Below, piece by piece: positions 8,729 through 15,851 of a stretch of 21,924 bases of DNA. A program made the translations under genes and the position numbers. This DNA comes from a virus (Duplodnaviria; Heunggongvirae; Uroviricota; Caudoviricetes). Numbering within the stretch: position 1 is the first letter of the stretch; every line of letters begins with the position of its first letter. The notes beneath the pieces are model-generated. The model saw only the letters and a program-made list of their open reading frames with translations, made no database searches and had not been told where the DNA came from. The DNA is taken from positions 1-21,924 of IMG/VR virus record IMGVR_UViG_2609459833_000005; one strand, given 5' to 3'.

Positions 8729-8768
8729 ATAGCACTGCTATTTTATTCTGTTAAATAGTAATGCTATT
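8729..8768 (-). promoter_or_regulatory. Leftward early promoter with two repressor operators (OL-like)
   Basis: 15-bp palindromes AATAGCACTGCTATT (8729-8743) and AATAGTAATGCTATT (8754-8768), centres 25 bp apart. On the minus strand these overlap a -35-like TTTAAC and -10-like TATTGT reading toward 8635. Confidence 0.65.
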
Positions 8769-8784
8769 GTTTTTTGGAGGTAAG

Positions 8785-8807
8785 AAAAAAAAACCACCCG
8801 AAGGTGG
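8785..8807 (-). terminator. Rho-independent terminator after parE
   Basis: Hairpin ccacc-cgaa-ggtgg (8794-8807) followed on the minus strand by a 9-U run (8785-8793). Confidence 0.75.
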
Positions 8808-8823
8808 TTGTTGGTAGGAATGA

Positions 8824-9114
8824 TTAACAGCTTTTGTTTGGATACTGCCTTCGTGAGTGAACTACATTTACGATCTCGATGTTAGATGCTGTTACTCGGT
8901 AAAGTATTATGTAGTTAGGATGGGTCACTATCTCACGAAGGCCTAGAGCTCTTTCGCTTGGTGGATACAGGTAAGGGTGTTCAGTAAGTGACAAAACTGA
9001 TGTTTCAATGCGTATTTTTAGTCTACGTGCAGCGGGAGGGTTTTCCTTGGCAATATAGGCTACGATCTGACGCAAATCATCACGCGCAGAAGGTAGCCAT
9101 AAAATGGGCAGCAT
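8824..9114 (-). CDS. parE: ParE/RelE-superfamily type II toxin
   Basis: 96-aa ORF with ParE-like motifs (ARDDLRQIVAYIAKENPPAARRL, YIILYRV, IEIVNVVHSRR); start overlaps the stop of the upstream 63-aa ORF. Confidence 0.8.
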   Translation of the reverse strand: MLPILWLPSARDDLRQIVAYIAKENPPAARRLKIRIETSVLSLTEHPYLYPPSERALGLREIVTHPNYIILYRVTASNIEIVNVVHSRRQYPNKSC

Positions 9115-9305
9115 TACTCACTCCTGTTCGTCGAAGCTATTTGCGCAATAAGGTTTTCCATTTCAGCCATTACTTCGTCATGCGGAATTGCAGGACGGGG
9201 GTCTGCGAGGCTTGCTGCCACTTTGGTGCGTAACCATTCGTTATAGCTGTTTTCTTGTTCGATTGTTTCAAATTCTGAAATTATCGGGGAAAGGACTGTA
9301 CTCAT
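9114..9305 (-). CDS. Small antitoxin partner of ParE (PaaA-like, 63 aa)
   Basis: 63-aa acidic ORF with strong SD gaggagg 8 nt upstream; translationally coupled to parE. Size and context match the PaaA antitoxins of three-component PaaR-PaaA-ParE systems described in E. coli O157 prophages; family assignment from memory. Confidence 0.6.
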   Translation of the reverse strand: MSTVLSPIISEFETIEQENSYNEWLRTKVAASLADPRPAIPHDEVMAEMENLIAQIASTNRSE

Positions 9306-9322
9306 GTTCTAACCTCCTCAGA

Positions 9323-9823
9323 TTAGGCGCGAAGACCTTTTTGCGCCTCTAGCCACCGCGCAACGGTTTCTTCAATTGATTCTTTTTTCTCCTTCATTTC
9401 CTTAAGCATTTTCTCTTTGTCTTCTTTTGGGAAAGCCCTGAACGTCTGGATCAAATCTCGCTCTATAGGTTCTATATTAAACGGAAGTTCGTTTTCCGAT
9501 TGTTCCATCTCTGCGGGTAAAGCGACAACATTATCCTGCTGCAGTTCTTGGGGGTACATCCTTACAATTCGTAACAAGTCTGCCATATCTGGTCTAATTG
9601 ACTCAGGCGGAACTTGTAGCAACCCAGCGAACTTGATAACAGCCTCTAGATTTAAAGGTGTCTGACCATTTAGATAATGGCTTACTGCCCCTTGTGTCGA
9701 AAAACCCAGAATTTCTGCCGCACGCTCTTGGGTTAACCCAAGTTGAGTTTTTTTCGTCGTCCAGATTTCTTTCAGTCTCTGGGCGGCTTGCAGGTCGATC
9801 TCTGACAGGGGTTTTCTTTTCAT
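9323..9823 (-). CDS. Prophage repressor / transcriptional regulator, HTH XRE-family (PaaR- or DicA-like), no autocleavage domain
   Basis: 166-aa ORF; N-terminal HTH (LGLTQERAAEILGFSTQGAVSHYLNG); C-terminus charged and helical with no S24 peptidase Ser/Lys or Ala-Gly motifs; divergent from the cro-like gene across an operator-bearing intergenic region. Confidence 0.75.
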   Translation of the reverse strand: MKRKPLSEIDLQAAQRLKEIWTTKKTQLGLTQERAAEILGFSTQGAVSHYLNGQTPLNLEAVIKFAGLLQVPPESIRPDMADLLRIVRMYPQELQQDNVVALPAEMEQSENELPFNIEPIERDLIQTFRAFPKEDKEKMLKEMKEKKESIEETVARWLEAQKGLRA

Positions 9824-9858
9824 ACCTTCAATTCTAATAAGATTATTAATCTCTTTGA

Positions 9859-9898
9859 AATAGCAGTGCTATTTACTTTTAAAAATAACAATGCTATT
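9859..9898 (+). promoter_or_regulatory. Rightward early promoter with two repressor operators (OR-like), shared with the divergent repressor promoter
   Basis: 15-bp palindromes AATAGCAGTGCTATT (9859-9873) and AATAACAATGCTATT (9884-9898), centres 25 bp apart, overlapping -35-like TTTACT (9872-9877) and -10-like TATTAA (9895-9900); same architecture as the OL region. Confidence 0.7.
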
Positions 9899-9930
9899 AA
9901 TATTCATGGTCACATAACATGAGGTGAACA

Positions 9931-10194
9931 ATGAATCTTGGAGAATATTTGCATCATTCCCGTATAACCCAGAAAGATTTTGCTGAAATTGTTGGGGTAA
10001 CCCAAGGGATGGTAAGCCATGTTATTACTGGACGGGCGAAACTTACGGGGGGGAAAGTTTTACGCTGGTGTGAAGCAACAGGGTGGGTAGTGACCCCGCA
10101 CGAGATTGATAGCAGTACTTACCCCAACCCAACCGATGGCATACCTGTTGACTATCAGGCTAACACACAACCCGCGCTGGGAGTTGATTCATGA
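9931..10194 (+). CDS. Cro-like HTH regulator
   Basis: 87-aa ORF with HTH (ITQKDFAEIVGVTQGMVSHVITG), first gene transcribed rightward from the operator region; SD gaggtga upstream. Confidence 0.75.
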   Translation: MNLGEYLHHSRITQKDFAEIVGVTQGMVSHVITGRAKLTGGKVLRWCEATGWVVTPHEIDSSTYPNPTDGIPVDYQANTQPALGVDS

Positions 10195-10616
10195 AAATCA
10201 AGCATGAACACATCCGCATGGCGATGAATGTCTGGGCGCATCCGGACGGCGAAAAAGTACCGGCTGCGAAAATTACCAAAGCGTATTTCGAGCTGGGAAT
10301 GACGTTCCCGGAACTGTATGACGACAGCCATCCGGAAGCCCTGGCCCGTAATACCCAGAAAATTTTCCGTTGGCTGGATAAAGACACCCCTGATGCTGTT
10401 GAAAAAATGCAGGCTCTGTTACCGGCGATCGAAAAGGCGATGCCGCCTTTGCTGGTGGCCCGTATGCGCAGTCACAGCTCTGAATATTACCGTGAGATCG
10501 TCGAACGGAGGGATCGGCTGGGGAAAGATGTGGATGATTTTGTCGCAGCGGCGATCGCCTGGGGCACCCTGACTAACAGTGGTGGTCAGCCTGGTAATGC
10601 TGTTGTCGTGCATTGA
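10191..10616 (+). CDS. YdaT-like (CII-like) protein
   Basis: 141-aa ORF beginning MKIKHEHI and ending ...AVVVH, resembling remembered Rac YdaT; located directly after cro as in Rac (racR-ydaS-ydaT). Confidence 0.5.
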   Translation: MKIKHEHIRMAMNVWAHPDGEKVPAAKITKAYFELGMTFPELYDDSHPEALARNTQKIFRWLDKDTPDAVEKMQALLPAIEKAMPPLLVARMRSHSSEYYREIVERRDRLGKDVDDFVAAAIAWGTLTNSGGQPGNAVVVH

Positions 10617-10678
10617 CCAACAATATTCATGCCGGATTTCTTCCGGATGTTCGAGGGTAAAGTTCGGTATCAGATGAG

Positions 10679-11722
10679 GTGAGTATGGCTAATGCCTGGC
10701 TCAGATTGTGGCATGACATGCCAAATGATCCCAAATGGCGAACCATTGCCAGGGTCTCAGGACAGCCAATCGCAACAGTGATGGCGGTGTATATCCACCT
10801 TCTGGTGAGTGCGTCACGAAATGTCACGACATGTCACGGCGTGTCACTACGTGGTCACATTGATGTCACGACGGAAGATTTAGCAAGTGCGCTTGATGTG
10901 ACGGAAGACGTAATTGATTCAATTTTGCATGCAATGCAGGGGCGGGTTCTGGATGGTGACCTTATTTCCGGATGGGAAAAACGTCAGGTGCTGAAAGAGG
11001 ACAATGGTAACGTTTCGCAAACGGCAAAATCCCCGGCAGAGCGCAAGAGAGCGCAGCGGGAGCGCGAAAAGCTGCGGAAATATGATGCTGATTGTCACGA
11101 TGAGTCACGACGTGTCACGCATCTGTCACGACAAGTCACGACAGATAAAGATACAGATACAGAATTAAACCCCACACATAACGCGCGCATGCGCGAGAGT
11201 GCTCCAACCGGTGAGTCGCATGGTGCGCCGTTGCAGACAGCCGAACCTGAATACCTGGACGGCCTGAGCGAACCGATCGGGAAATTTTCGATGACTACTG
11301 TCTGGCAGCCGTCGTCGGATTTTCGACAACGGGCAGCAGTGTGGGGTATGGCTCTGCCTGAGCCGGAATTTACACCTGCTGAGCTTGCCGCATTCCGGGA
11401 TTACTGGATGGCGGAGGGGAAGGTTTTCACGCAGGTTCAGTGGGAGCAGAAATTTGCCCGCCACGTGCAGCACGTCAGGGCACAGGTAAAACCAGTCAGC
11501 AAGGGGGTAAGCCATGCAGCATCAGGTGGCACGGCATCACGGGCAGTTCAGGAAATCCGGGCAGCACACGAACAGTGGGAACGTGACAACGGATTTATCA
11601 GCAACGGAAACGGCCTGGAAGCTGTGGGAGCTTATGGGGGAGGTGTATTCGAACCGCTGGACACAGAAGAACGGGGCCGCACCTTCGAAGCTCTGGATTG
11701 CCCAGATTGGCACGATGACTGA
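10679..11722 (+). CDS. Replication initiation protein (lambda O-like / YdaU-like), contains the putative phage origin iterons
   Basis: 347-aa ORF immediately upstream of a P-like gene; two clusters of GTCACGA repeats inside the coding sequence, as in lambda O/ori. Confidence 0.55.
   Translation: MSMANAWLRLWHDMPNDPKWRTIARVSGQPIATVMAVYIHLLVSASRNVTTCHGVSLRGHIDVTTEDLASALDVTEDVIDSILHAMQGRVLDGDLISGWEKRQVLKEDNGNVSQTAKSPAERKRAQREREKLRKYDADCHDESRRVTHLSRQVTTDKDTDTELNPTHNARMRESAPTGESHGAPLQTAEPEYLDGLSEPIGKFSMTTVWQPSSDFRQRAAVWGMALPEPEFTPAELAAFRDYWMAEGKVFTQVQWEQKFARHVQHVRAQVKPVSKGVSHAASGGTASRAVQEIRAAHEQWERDNGFISNGNGLEAVGAYGGGVFEPLDTEERGRTFEALDCPDWHDD
10811..10874 (+). repeat. Iteron cluster 1: six direct copies of GTCAC(G/T)(A/G) at about 10-bp spacing
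   Basis: gcGTCACGAa atGTCACGAc atGTCACGGc gtGTCACTAc gtgGTCACAt tgatGTCACGAcgg, read directly from the sequence. Confidence 0.8.
11093..11143 (+). repeat. Iteron cluster 2: five direct copies of GTCACG(A/C) at 10-11 bp spacing, followed by an AT-rich stretch (candidate ori)
   Basis: tGTCACGA tgaGTCACGAc gtGTCACGC atctGTCACGAc aaGTCACGAc, then agataaagatacagatacagaattaaa. Confidence 0.8.
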
Positions 11723-12176
11723 ACAGCAAATCCGGCTGGTCTGCCGTCAGTGCATGGACCGCTGCCGGGCGGGTGAAACGTGGCCCCCGGACCTGGCTGA
11801 GTTTGTTGCGCTGATTTCGGAGAGTGGGGCAAATCCATTTGGTCTTACGGTGGATGCAGTGATGGAAGAGTACCGGCGCTGGCGCAATGAATCCTGGCGA
11901 TACGACGGGAGTGATAAATACCCGTGGCCACAGCCTGTGCTGTACCACATCTGCCTCGAAATGCGTACCAGAGGGATTGAGCGCCAGATGACGCAGGGTG
12001 AGTTAAAACGACTTGCGGAACGGCAACTGACGAAATGGGCAAAGCATGTTGGTAACGGGATGAGTGTTCCGCCAGTGCGACGACAACTGGAAGGGGCGAA
12101 ACACCCGCAAGGGCCAACGCCAATTGAACGGCTGAAACAGGAATACGAACGCCGGAAGGCAGCTGGTTTTATTTGA
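11514..12176 (+). CDS. Lambda P-like replication protein (helicase loader); start uncertain (11514 with strong SD, or 11634, or 11715)
   Basis: Segments TMTEQQIRLVCRQ...WPPDLAEFVALI, YPWPQPVLYHICLEMR and TQGELKRLAERQL align with remembered lambda P (ITTMEQVNAGM...SPGQFVAWC, YPWKSNAHYWLVTNLYQNMR, TDAELRRKAADEL). SD agggggt 5 nt before the ATG at 11514. Confidence 0.6.
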   Translation: MQHQVARHHGQFRKSGQHTNSGNVTTDLSATETAWKLWELMGEVYSNRWTQKNGAAPSKLWIAQIGTMTEQQIRLVCRQCMDRCRAGETWPPDLAEFVALISESGANPFGLTVDAVMEEYRRWRNESWRYDGSDKYPWPQPVLYHICLEMRTRGIERQMTQGELKRLAERQLTKWAKHVGNGMSVPPVRRQLEGAKHPQGPTPIERLKQEYERRKAAGFI

Positions 12177-12191
12177 ATCTGAGAAACGATT

Positions 12192-12935
12192 TTGTCGGAG
12201 GAAATATTAATGGAAACCGTATTTGACGCACTGAAAGCACTGAAAAGAGCCTCTTCACAGGTAGTGGCGGCCCGCCTTGGAATCAGCCGTGAAGATGCGG
12301 TCAACGAACTGTGGAAACTGAAGCGCCGCGGTGAAGCGGATAACAAGGGTTCGATGTGGCGGCTGATTCAGGCTGGTGAAAGTGAACCGATGTCACCGGT
12401 ACCGAAAGTGACAGCGCAAATGCTGACTGAGGCGATTGAACAACATGGCCCACAAACGGCGGATGAGCTGGCACTGATGTTCGGGATTACCTCCCGCCGG
12501 GCGAATTCATCGCTGGCCATGGCAATCAGCAAAGGGCGTCTGATTCGCGTGAATCAGGGCGGTAAATTTCGTTACTGCATACCGGGCGCTGATTTACCGG
12601 CAGAGCCGGAAGCTGCATCCGTAGCGGAAACCGATGGTAAAGCCTTTCCTCAGCCAGCAGGTGTTGCGTTACCTGTCCGGGAAGCAGAAACACAGGAAGA
12701 AATAAAAACGGAAAGTGTGGCGGTCACAGTGCAGTCACAGCCGTCGTTCACCAGAAAACATCCGGATGGTCTGATTTTACCATCGCTGCATGTGGCTAAC
12801 CGCGAGCTGCGCCGGGCAAAAGGTCAGGTTCAGAAGTGGGAGCGAGTCTGCGCCGCGCTGCGGGAGCTGAACAAGCACCGGGATATTGTTCGACAGATTG
12901 TCGATTCATCCGGTCGTATTGTGTCGGAAAAGTGA
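12192..12935 (+). CDS. Hypothetical protein with two winged-helix-like DNA-binding segments
   Basis: 247-aa ORF; HTH-like stretches ([52 protein letters not shown]); no family recognised. Confidence 0.5.
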   Translation: MSEEILMETVFDALKALKRASSQVVAARLGISREDAVNELWKLKRRGEADNKGSMWRLIQAGESEPMSPVPKVTAQMLTEAIEQHGPQTADELALMFGITSRRANSSLAMAISKGRLIRVNQGGKFRYCIPGADLPAEPEAASVAETDGKAFPQPAGVALPVREAETQEEIKTESVAVTVQSQPSFTRKHPDGLILPSLHVANRELRRAKGQVQKWERVCAALRELNKHRDIVRQIVDSSGRIVSEK

Positions 12936-12950
12936 TTGCCGGAGGCGCTT

Positions 12951-13343
12951 ATGGCAAAAGTATTTACACCAGAAGAGCGGGAAGAAGTGAAGGCGCGCAT
13001 TGTGGAATTCGTGCGCCTGAGCGGACGAGAAACTTTTCGACAACTGGCAGATAAAACGGGTGTCAGTAAGACCGCTATTCGTCGTTTATCTGGTGCGCTT
13101 GCGGCCAGTGGTGATGTCTGGCTCTCTGGTTGCGGGGTATTTCCATCAGAGCAGGCGTATCGCGTATGGCGTAAGACACCGGAGAAGGCTGCTGACCCGA
13201 CACTGATTCGAAAGTTACCTGACGGAGAAATACGTCGTTACAACAGACGGCAGAACATAATTTGTCGTGAGAGCAGGAGGAGCGAAGTTATGCAGCGTGT
13301 GCTGGCGTTCTATCGGGGAAACTTTCAGGAGGTGATGGAGTGA
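12951..13343 (+). CDS. Hypothetical protein with putative HTH
   Basis: ATG at 12951 with SD ggagg 5 nt upstream (the ORF track's 12936 start is a TTG); DNA-binding-like segment FRQLADKTGVSKTAIRRLSG. Confidence 0.5.
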   Translation: MAKVFTPEEREEVKARIVEFVRLSGRETFRQLADKTGVSKTAIRRLSGALAASGDVWLSGCGVFPSEQAYRVWRKTPEKAADPTLIRKLPDGEIRRYNRRQNIICRESRRSEVMQRVLAFYRGNFQEVME

Positions 13344-13690
13344 GGGTGAGAGTTTATATTGCCGGTCCAATGACGGGATATGAAAATTTCAACCGCGAGG
13401 CGTTTCACAGGGCGGAAGATGCGCTGGCTCGTAAAGCAGTTCAGGCATTTTGCGATGTTGTTGGCGACAGCACCGAGGTTATCTGCGAGGAGATTGGGCG
13501 AGATGGCGTTCTGGTTATTTTGGAGGCAATGAAGGCAACAGGAAATATGCCAGCCACCGATGCTTTCCTGTCTGAAGTGCGGGCGCAGGGGGTAGAGATG
13601 ATGCGCGAACATCCATCAATCAAACTTTGTTCTTTGACGCACATATGTGATGAGTTAGCCGCCCAGCTTCGCAAAGGAGGCAACCAGTGA
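13340..13690 (+). CDS. Hypothetical protein; N-terminus carries a nucleoside 2-deoxyribosyltransferase/DUF4406-like YIAGPMTG motif
   Basis: 116-aa ORF overlapping the upstream stop; only the first ~35 residues resemble that family. Confidence 0.4.
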   Translation: MRVRVYIAGPMTGYENFNREAFHRAEDALARKAVQAFCDVVGDSTEVICEEIGRDGVLVILEAMKATGNMPATDAFLSEVRAQGVEMMREHPSIKLCSLTHICDELAAQLRKGGNQ

Positions 13691-13911
13691 GCGGAAAAAG
13701 AATGACTAACAGAGAGCTTGTCGATGCCGCGATTAAGCTTGCTGGTGATTTTTATTCAATGATGGGGTACACGCATCGCCCAGGCTTCAAATATTGGGAG
13801 TCTCCTCACCCGCAAGAGCAACTGGTATTTCAAATGGCCTGCCGTGCTTTTGAGGTTATTCGCGGTTCTGATGTGATGGACGCCGTTGCCGACTTGGAGG
13901 ATGAAGAGTGA
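13687..13911 (+). CDS. Hypothetical small protein
   Basis: 74-aa ORF translationally coupled to both neighbours; no recognised motif. Confidence 0.4.
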   Translation: MSGKRMTNRELVDAAIKLAGDFYSMMGYTHRPGFKYWESPHPQEQLVFQMACRAFEVIRGSDVMDAVADLEDEE

Positions 13912-14603
13912 GCGAGATTAACTATCAGGCACTGCGTGAAAAGGCAGAGAAAGCAACTAAAGGAAGCTACATCGTAGGGCATACATCTGTTAACCAGCAC
14001 GGCAATTTAACAGGAGTTTTTGTTTGTCAAAAATGGAAAGGAGAACCCGGTGGCGTGATTGCCGAATGTCATGTTAACTGCCTGATTGAATCAGATGCTC
14101 AGGCTTATGCAAACGCTGAATTTATAGCAGATGCTAACCCAGCTACCGTACTGGCGCTACTGGATGAACGGGAAAGAAACCAGCAATACATCAAACGCCG
14201 CGACCAGGAGAACGAGGATATTGCGCTTACGGTTGGGAAGCTGAGAGTTGAGCTTGAGGAGACAAAATCAAAACTCAACGAGCAGCGTGAGTATTACGAA
14301 GGTGTTATCTCGGATGGGAGTAAGCGCATAGCAGAACTGGAGGAGCGGGAAATAAAACCAGCCAAAGGCGAAGTTCTTGTCGTTGTATCTGGTTTTACTG
14401 GTTGCGGGAAAAGCGCCATTGCCGGGGAAATAGAAATCGCGATGAAGGCTATTGGTGTACCGGTTCAGTGGACTAATGGCGATGCGGAAAAGCGCATGAC
14501 AGGAGCTGACTGGCTGACAGCGATTGAGATGTACAAACCAACAGTGCGCATCGTGGAAGTTAATGTGCCACACGCCGCGGGCATTCGCATCAAAGGAGAG
14601 TGA
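13908..14603 (+). CDS. Ead/Ea22-like coiled-coil prophage protein (tentative)
   Basis: 231-aa ORF with N-terminal YQALREKAEKATKG motif and a central coiled-coil segment; family recalled from lambdoid ea-region proteins, not verified. Confidence 0.4.
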   Translation: MSEINYQALREKAEKATKGSYIVGHTSVNQHGNLTGVFVCQKWKGEPGGVIAECHVNCLIESDAQAYANAEFIADANPATVLALLDERERNQQYIKRRDQENEDIALTVGKLRVELEETKSKLNEQREYYEGVISDGSKRIAELEEREIKPAKGEVLVVVSGFTGCGKSAIAGEIEIAMKAIGVPVQWTNGDAEKRMTGADWLTAIEMYKPTVRIVEVNVPHAAGIRIKGE

Positions 14604-14604
14604 T

Positions 14605-15120
14605 ATGGCGTTAACACACCACGAACTCTGTCAGATTGCGTACAAGTTCCTTAAGCGCAACGGGTTCAAGGTTTGCTTTCATGACCGCTTTGTTGCTGTA
14701 ACCAGTACCGGAGAACAGCCAGATGCTATGGGATTCAGAAATTCAGCATCATGCCTGATAGAGGCGAAGTGTTCTCGTGCTGACTTGTTGGCAGATAGAA
14801 AAAAGCGTTTCCGTAAAAATCCCTCACTTGGCATGGGCGACTGGCGATTCTTTATTAGTGAGCCGGGAATTATTTCAGTTGAGGATTTACCACCTGGCTG
14901 GGGATTACTTCACGTTGTTAACGGAAGAGTACGGAAAGTACATGGGTGGCCCAGGGGTAATTGCTGTTGGGGTAATCCTGACGATAAGCCATTTACTGGA
15001 AATAAGCAGGTTGAATGCGATTACATGTTATCTGCATTAAGGCGCATGGAGTTGAGAGGGCACCTTAATGAAATATATGACGGTGTAATTGTTAATAAGA
15101 AAGAAGGAAACGCGGCATGA
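14605..15120 (+). CDS. PD-(D/E)xK nuclease-superfamily protein
   Basis: 171-aa ORF starting at the ATG at 14605 (SD aaaggagag); motif GEQPDAMGF...CLIEAKCS fits the E...PD...(D/E)xK catalytic signature; Cys/Trp-rich C-terminal half. Confidence 0.5.
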   Translation: MALTHHELCQIAYKFLKRNGFKVCFHDRFVAVTSTGEQPDAMGFRNSASCLIEAKCSRADLLADRKKRFRKNPSLGMGDWRFFISEPGIISVEDLPPGWGLLHVVNGRVRKVHGWPRGNCCWGNPDDKPFTGNKQVECDYMLSALRRMELRGHLNEIYDGVIVNKKEGNAA

Positions 15121-15191
15121 CCACTATTACCAAAGATTGACTGCTGACAATCCAGCATTGGCGCGAAACATACGGACCGGGTAGCAACGTT

Positions 15192-15407
15192 GTGCTTCCA
15201 GCAGAAGAAGCGGAAGAGCTGGCACGGATTGCGCTGGCATCACTGGCAGCAGTATCGGATGAACGAGCAGCCTATGAATTATTTATGGAGAAGCGTTTCG
15301 GAGAATCTGTAGATCGCCGCAGAGCAAAAAATGGCGATAGAGAATACATGGCATGGGATATGGCGCTTGGCTGGATTATCTGGTGTCACCGCGCCGCCAT
15401 GCTTTAG
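15192..15407 (+). CDS. Hypothetical small protein (GTG start), coding status uncertain
   Basis: 71-aa ORF overlapping the next ORF by 55 nt; no motif recognised. Confidence 0.3.
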   Translation: MLPAEEAEELARIALASLAAVSDERAAYELFMEKRFGESVDRRRAKNGDREYMAWDMALGWIIWCHRAAML

Positions 15408-15736
15408 GCTGGAAACTTTGGGAAAATAAGGGTTCGTCAACCAATAATTTTCGGGAAATCTCGGAAACGTCAACCAATAATTTTCGGGAAATCTCGGAAA
15501 CGTCAACCAACTATCCGGTAACTCCGGATGGTTGGATAAGCTGTAGTGAGCGAATGCCGGATGATGGTCAGCACGTAATTATTTTATGTGATGGCGCATT
15601 CGTTCTTTATGCGCAATATCGAGACGGTGAGTTTTTTGATGTAGTCCGTAATGGTGATGAATTTTTCGAAACACAGAGCCGCAATGTAACCGACTGGATG
15701 CCGTTACCAGAACCGCCGCAGGAGGTGCGCCAATGA
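15353..15736 (+). CDS. DUF551-family phage protein with an N-terminal 11-residue tandem repeat; start uncertain
   Basis: C-terminal domain ends in the DUF551-type W-x-P-L-P-E-P-P motif (TDWMPLPEPPQ); N-terminal region contains STNNFREISET twice, encoded by a 33-bp tandem repeat. Confidence 0.5.
   Translation: MGYGAWLDYLVSPRRHALGWKLWENKGSSTNNFREISETSTNNFREISETSTNYPVTPDGWISCSERMPDDGQHVIILCDGAFVLYAQYRDGEFFDVVRNGDEFFETQSRNVTDWMPLPEPPQEVRQ
15435..15510 (+). repeat. 33-bp direct tandem repeat, 2.3 copies (cgtcaaccaataattttcgggaaatctcggaaa)
   Basis: Two exact 33-bp units (15435-15467, 15468-15500) and a 10-bp partial third; in frame with the DUF551 ORF. Confidence 0.85.
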
Positions 15737-15816
15737 TCTGGCCTGAAGCATTTGCAATTACAGGCGTTGCTATGGCTATCGCTTTTTTAGTATATGTTAT
15801 TTGTCGGTGTGGGTAA
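15733..15816 (+). CDS. 27-aa hydrophobic single-TM peptide (MIWPEAFAITGVAMAIAFLVYVICRCG)
   Basis: Below the ORF-track length cutoff; ATG overlaps the DUF551 stop (ATGA) with SD ggagg 8 nt upstream. Confidence 0.4.
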   Translation: MIWPEAFAITGVAMAIAFLVYVICRCG

Positions 15817-15851
15817 AAGCGTTCGCCGGGATTAACACCAAAGGAGGGAAT

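Noticed and set aside
9323-9823. LexA/cI-type autocleaving repressor (S24 peptidase domain)
   Set aside because: The C-terminal half is charged and helical with no Ala-Gly cleavage site or Ser/Lys catalytic dyad context; called a non-cleavable HTH regulator instead.
10811-11143. Possible CRISPR array, given short direct repeats
   Set aside because: Repeats are 7-9 bp at helical spacing inside a replication gene, with no repeat-spacer architecture and no cas genes; they are iterons.
11165-12346. Minus-strand ORFs (11165-11515, 11598-11948, 11747-12346, 11845-12123)
   Set aside because: Antisense to the O-like and P-like replication genes; Arg/Pro/Ser-rich, typical of reverse-strand GC-rich coding DNA.
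15279-15506. 75-aa minus-strand ORF with repeated FPRFPENYWLT
   Set aside because: Its repeat is simply the reverse-strand reading of the 33-bp tandem repeat; the plus-strand frame continues into a recognisable DUF551 domain.
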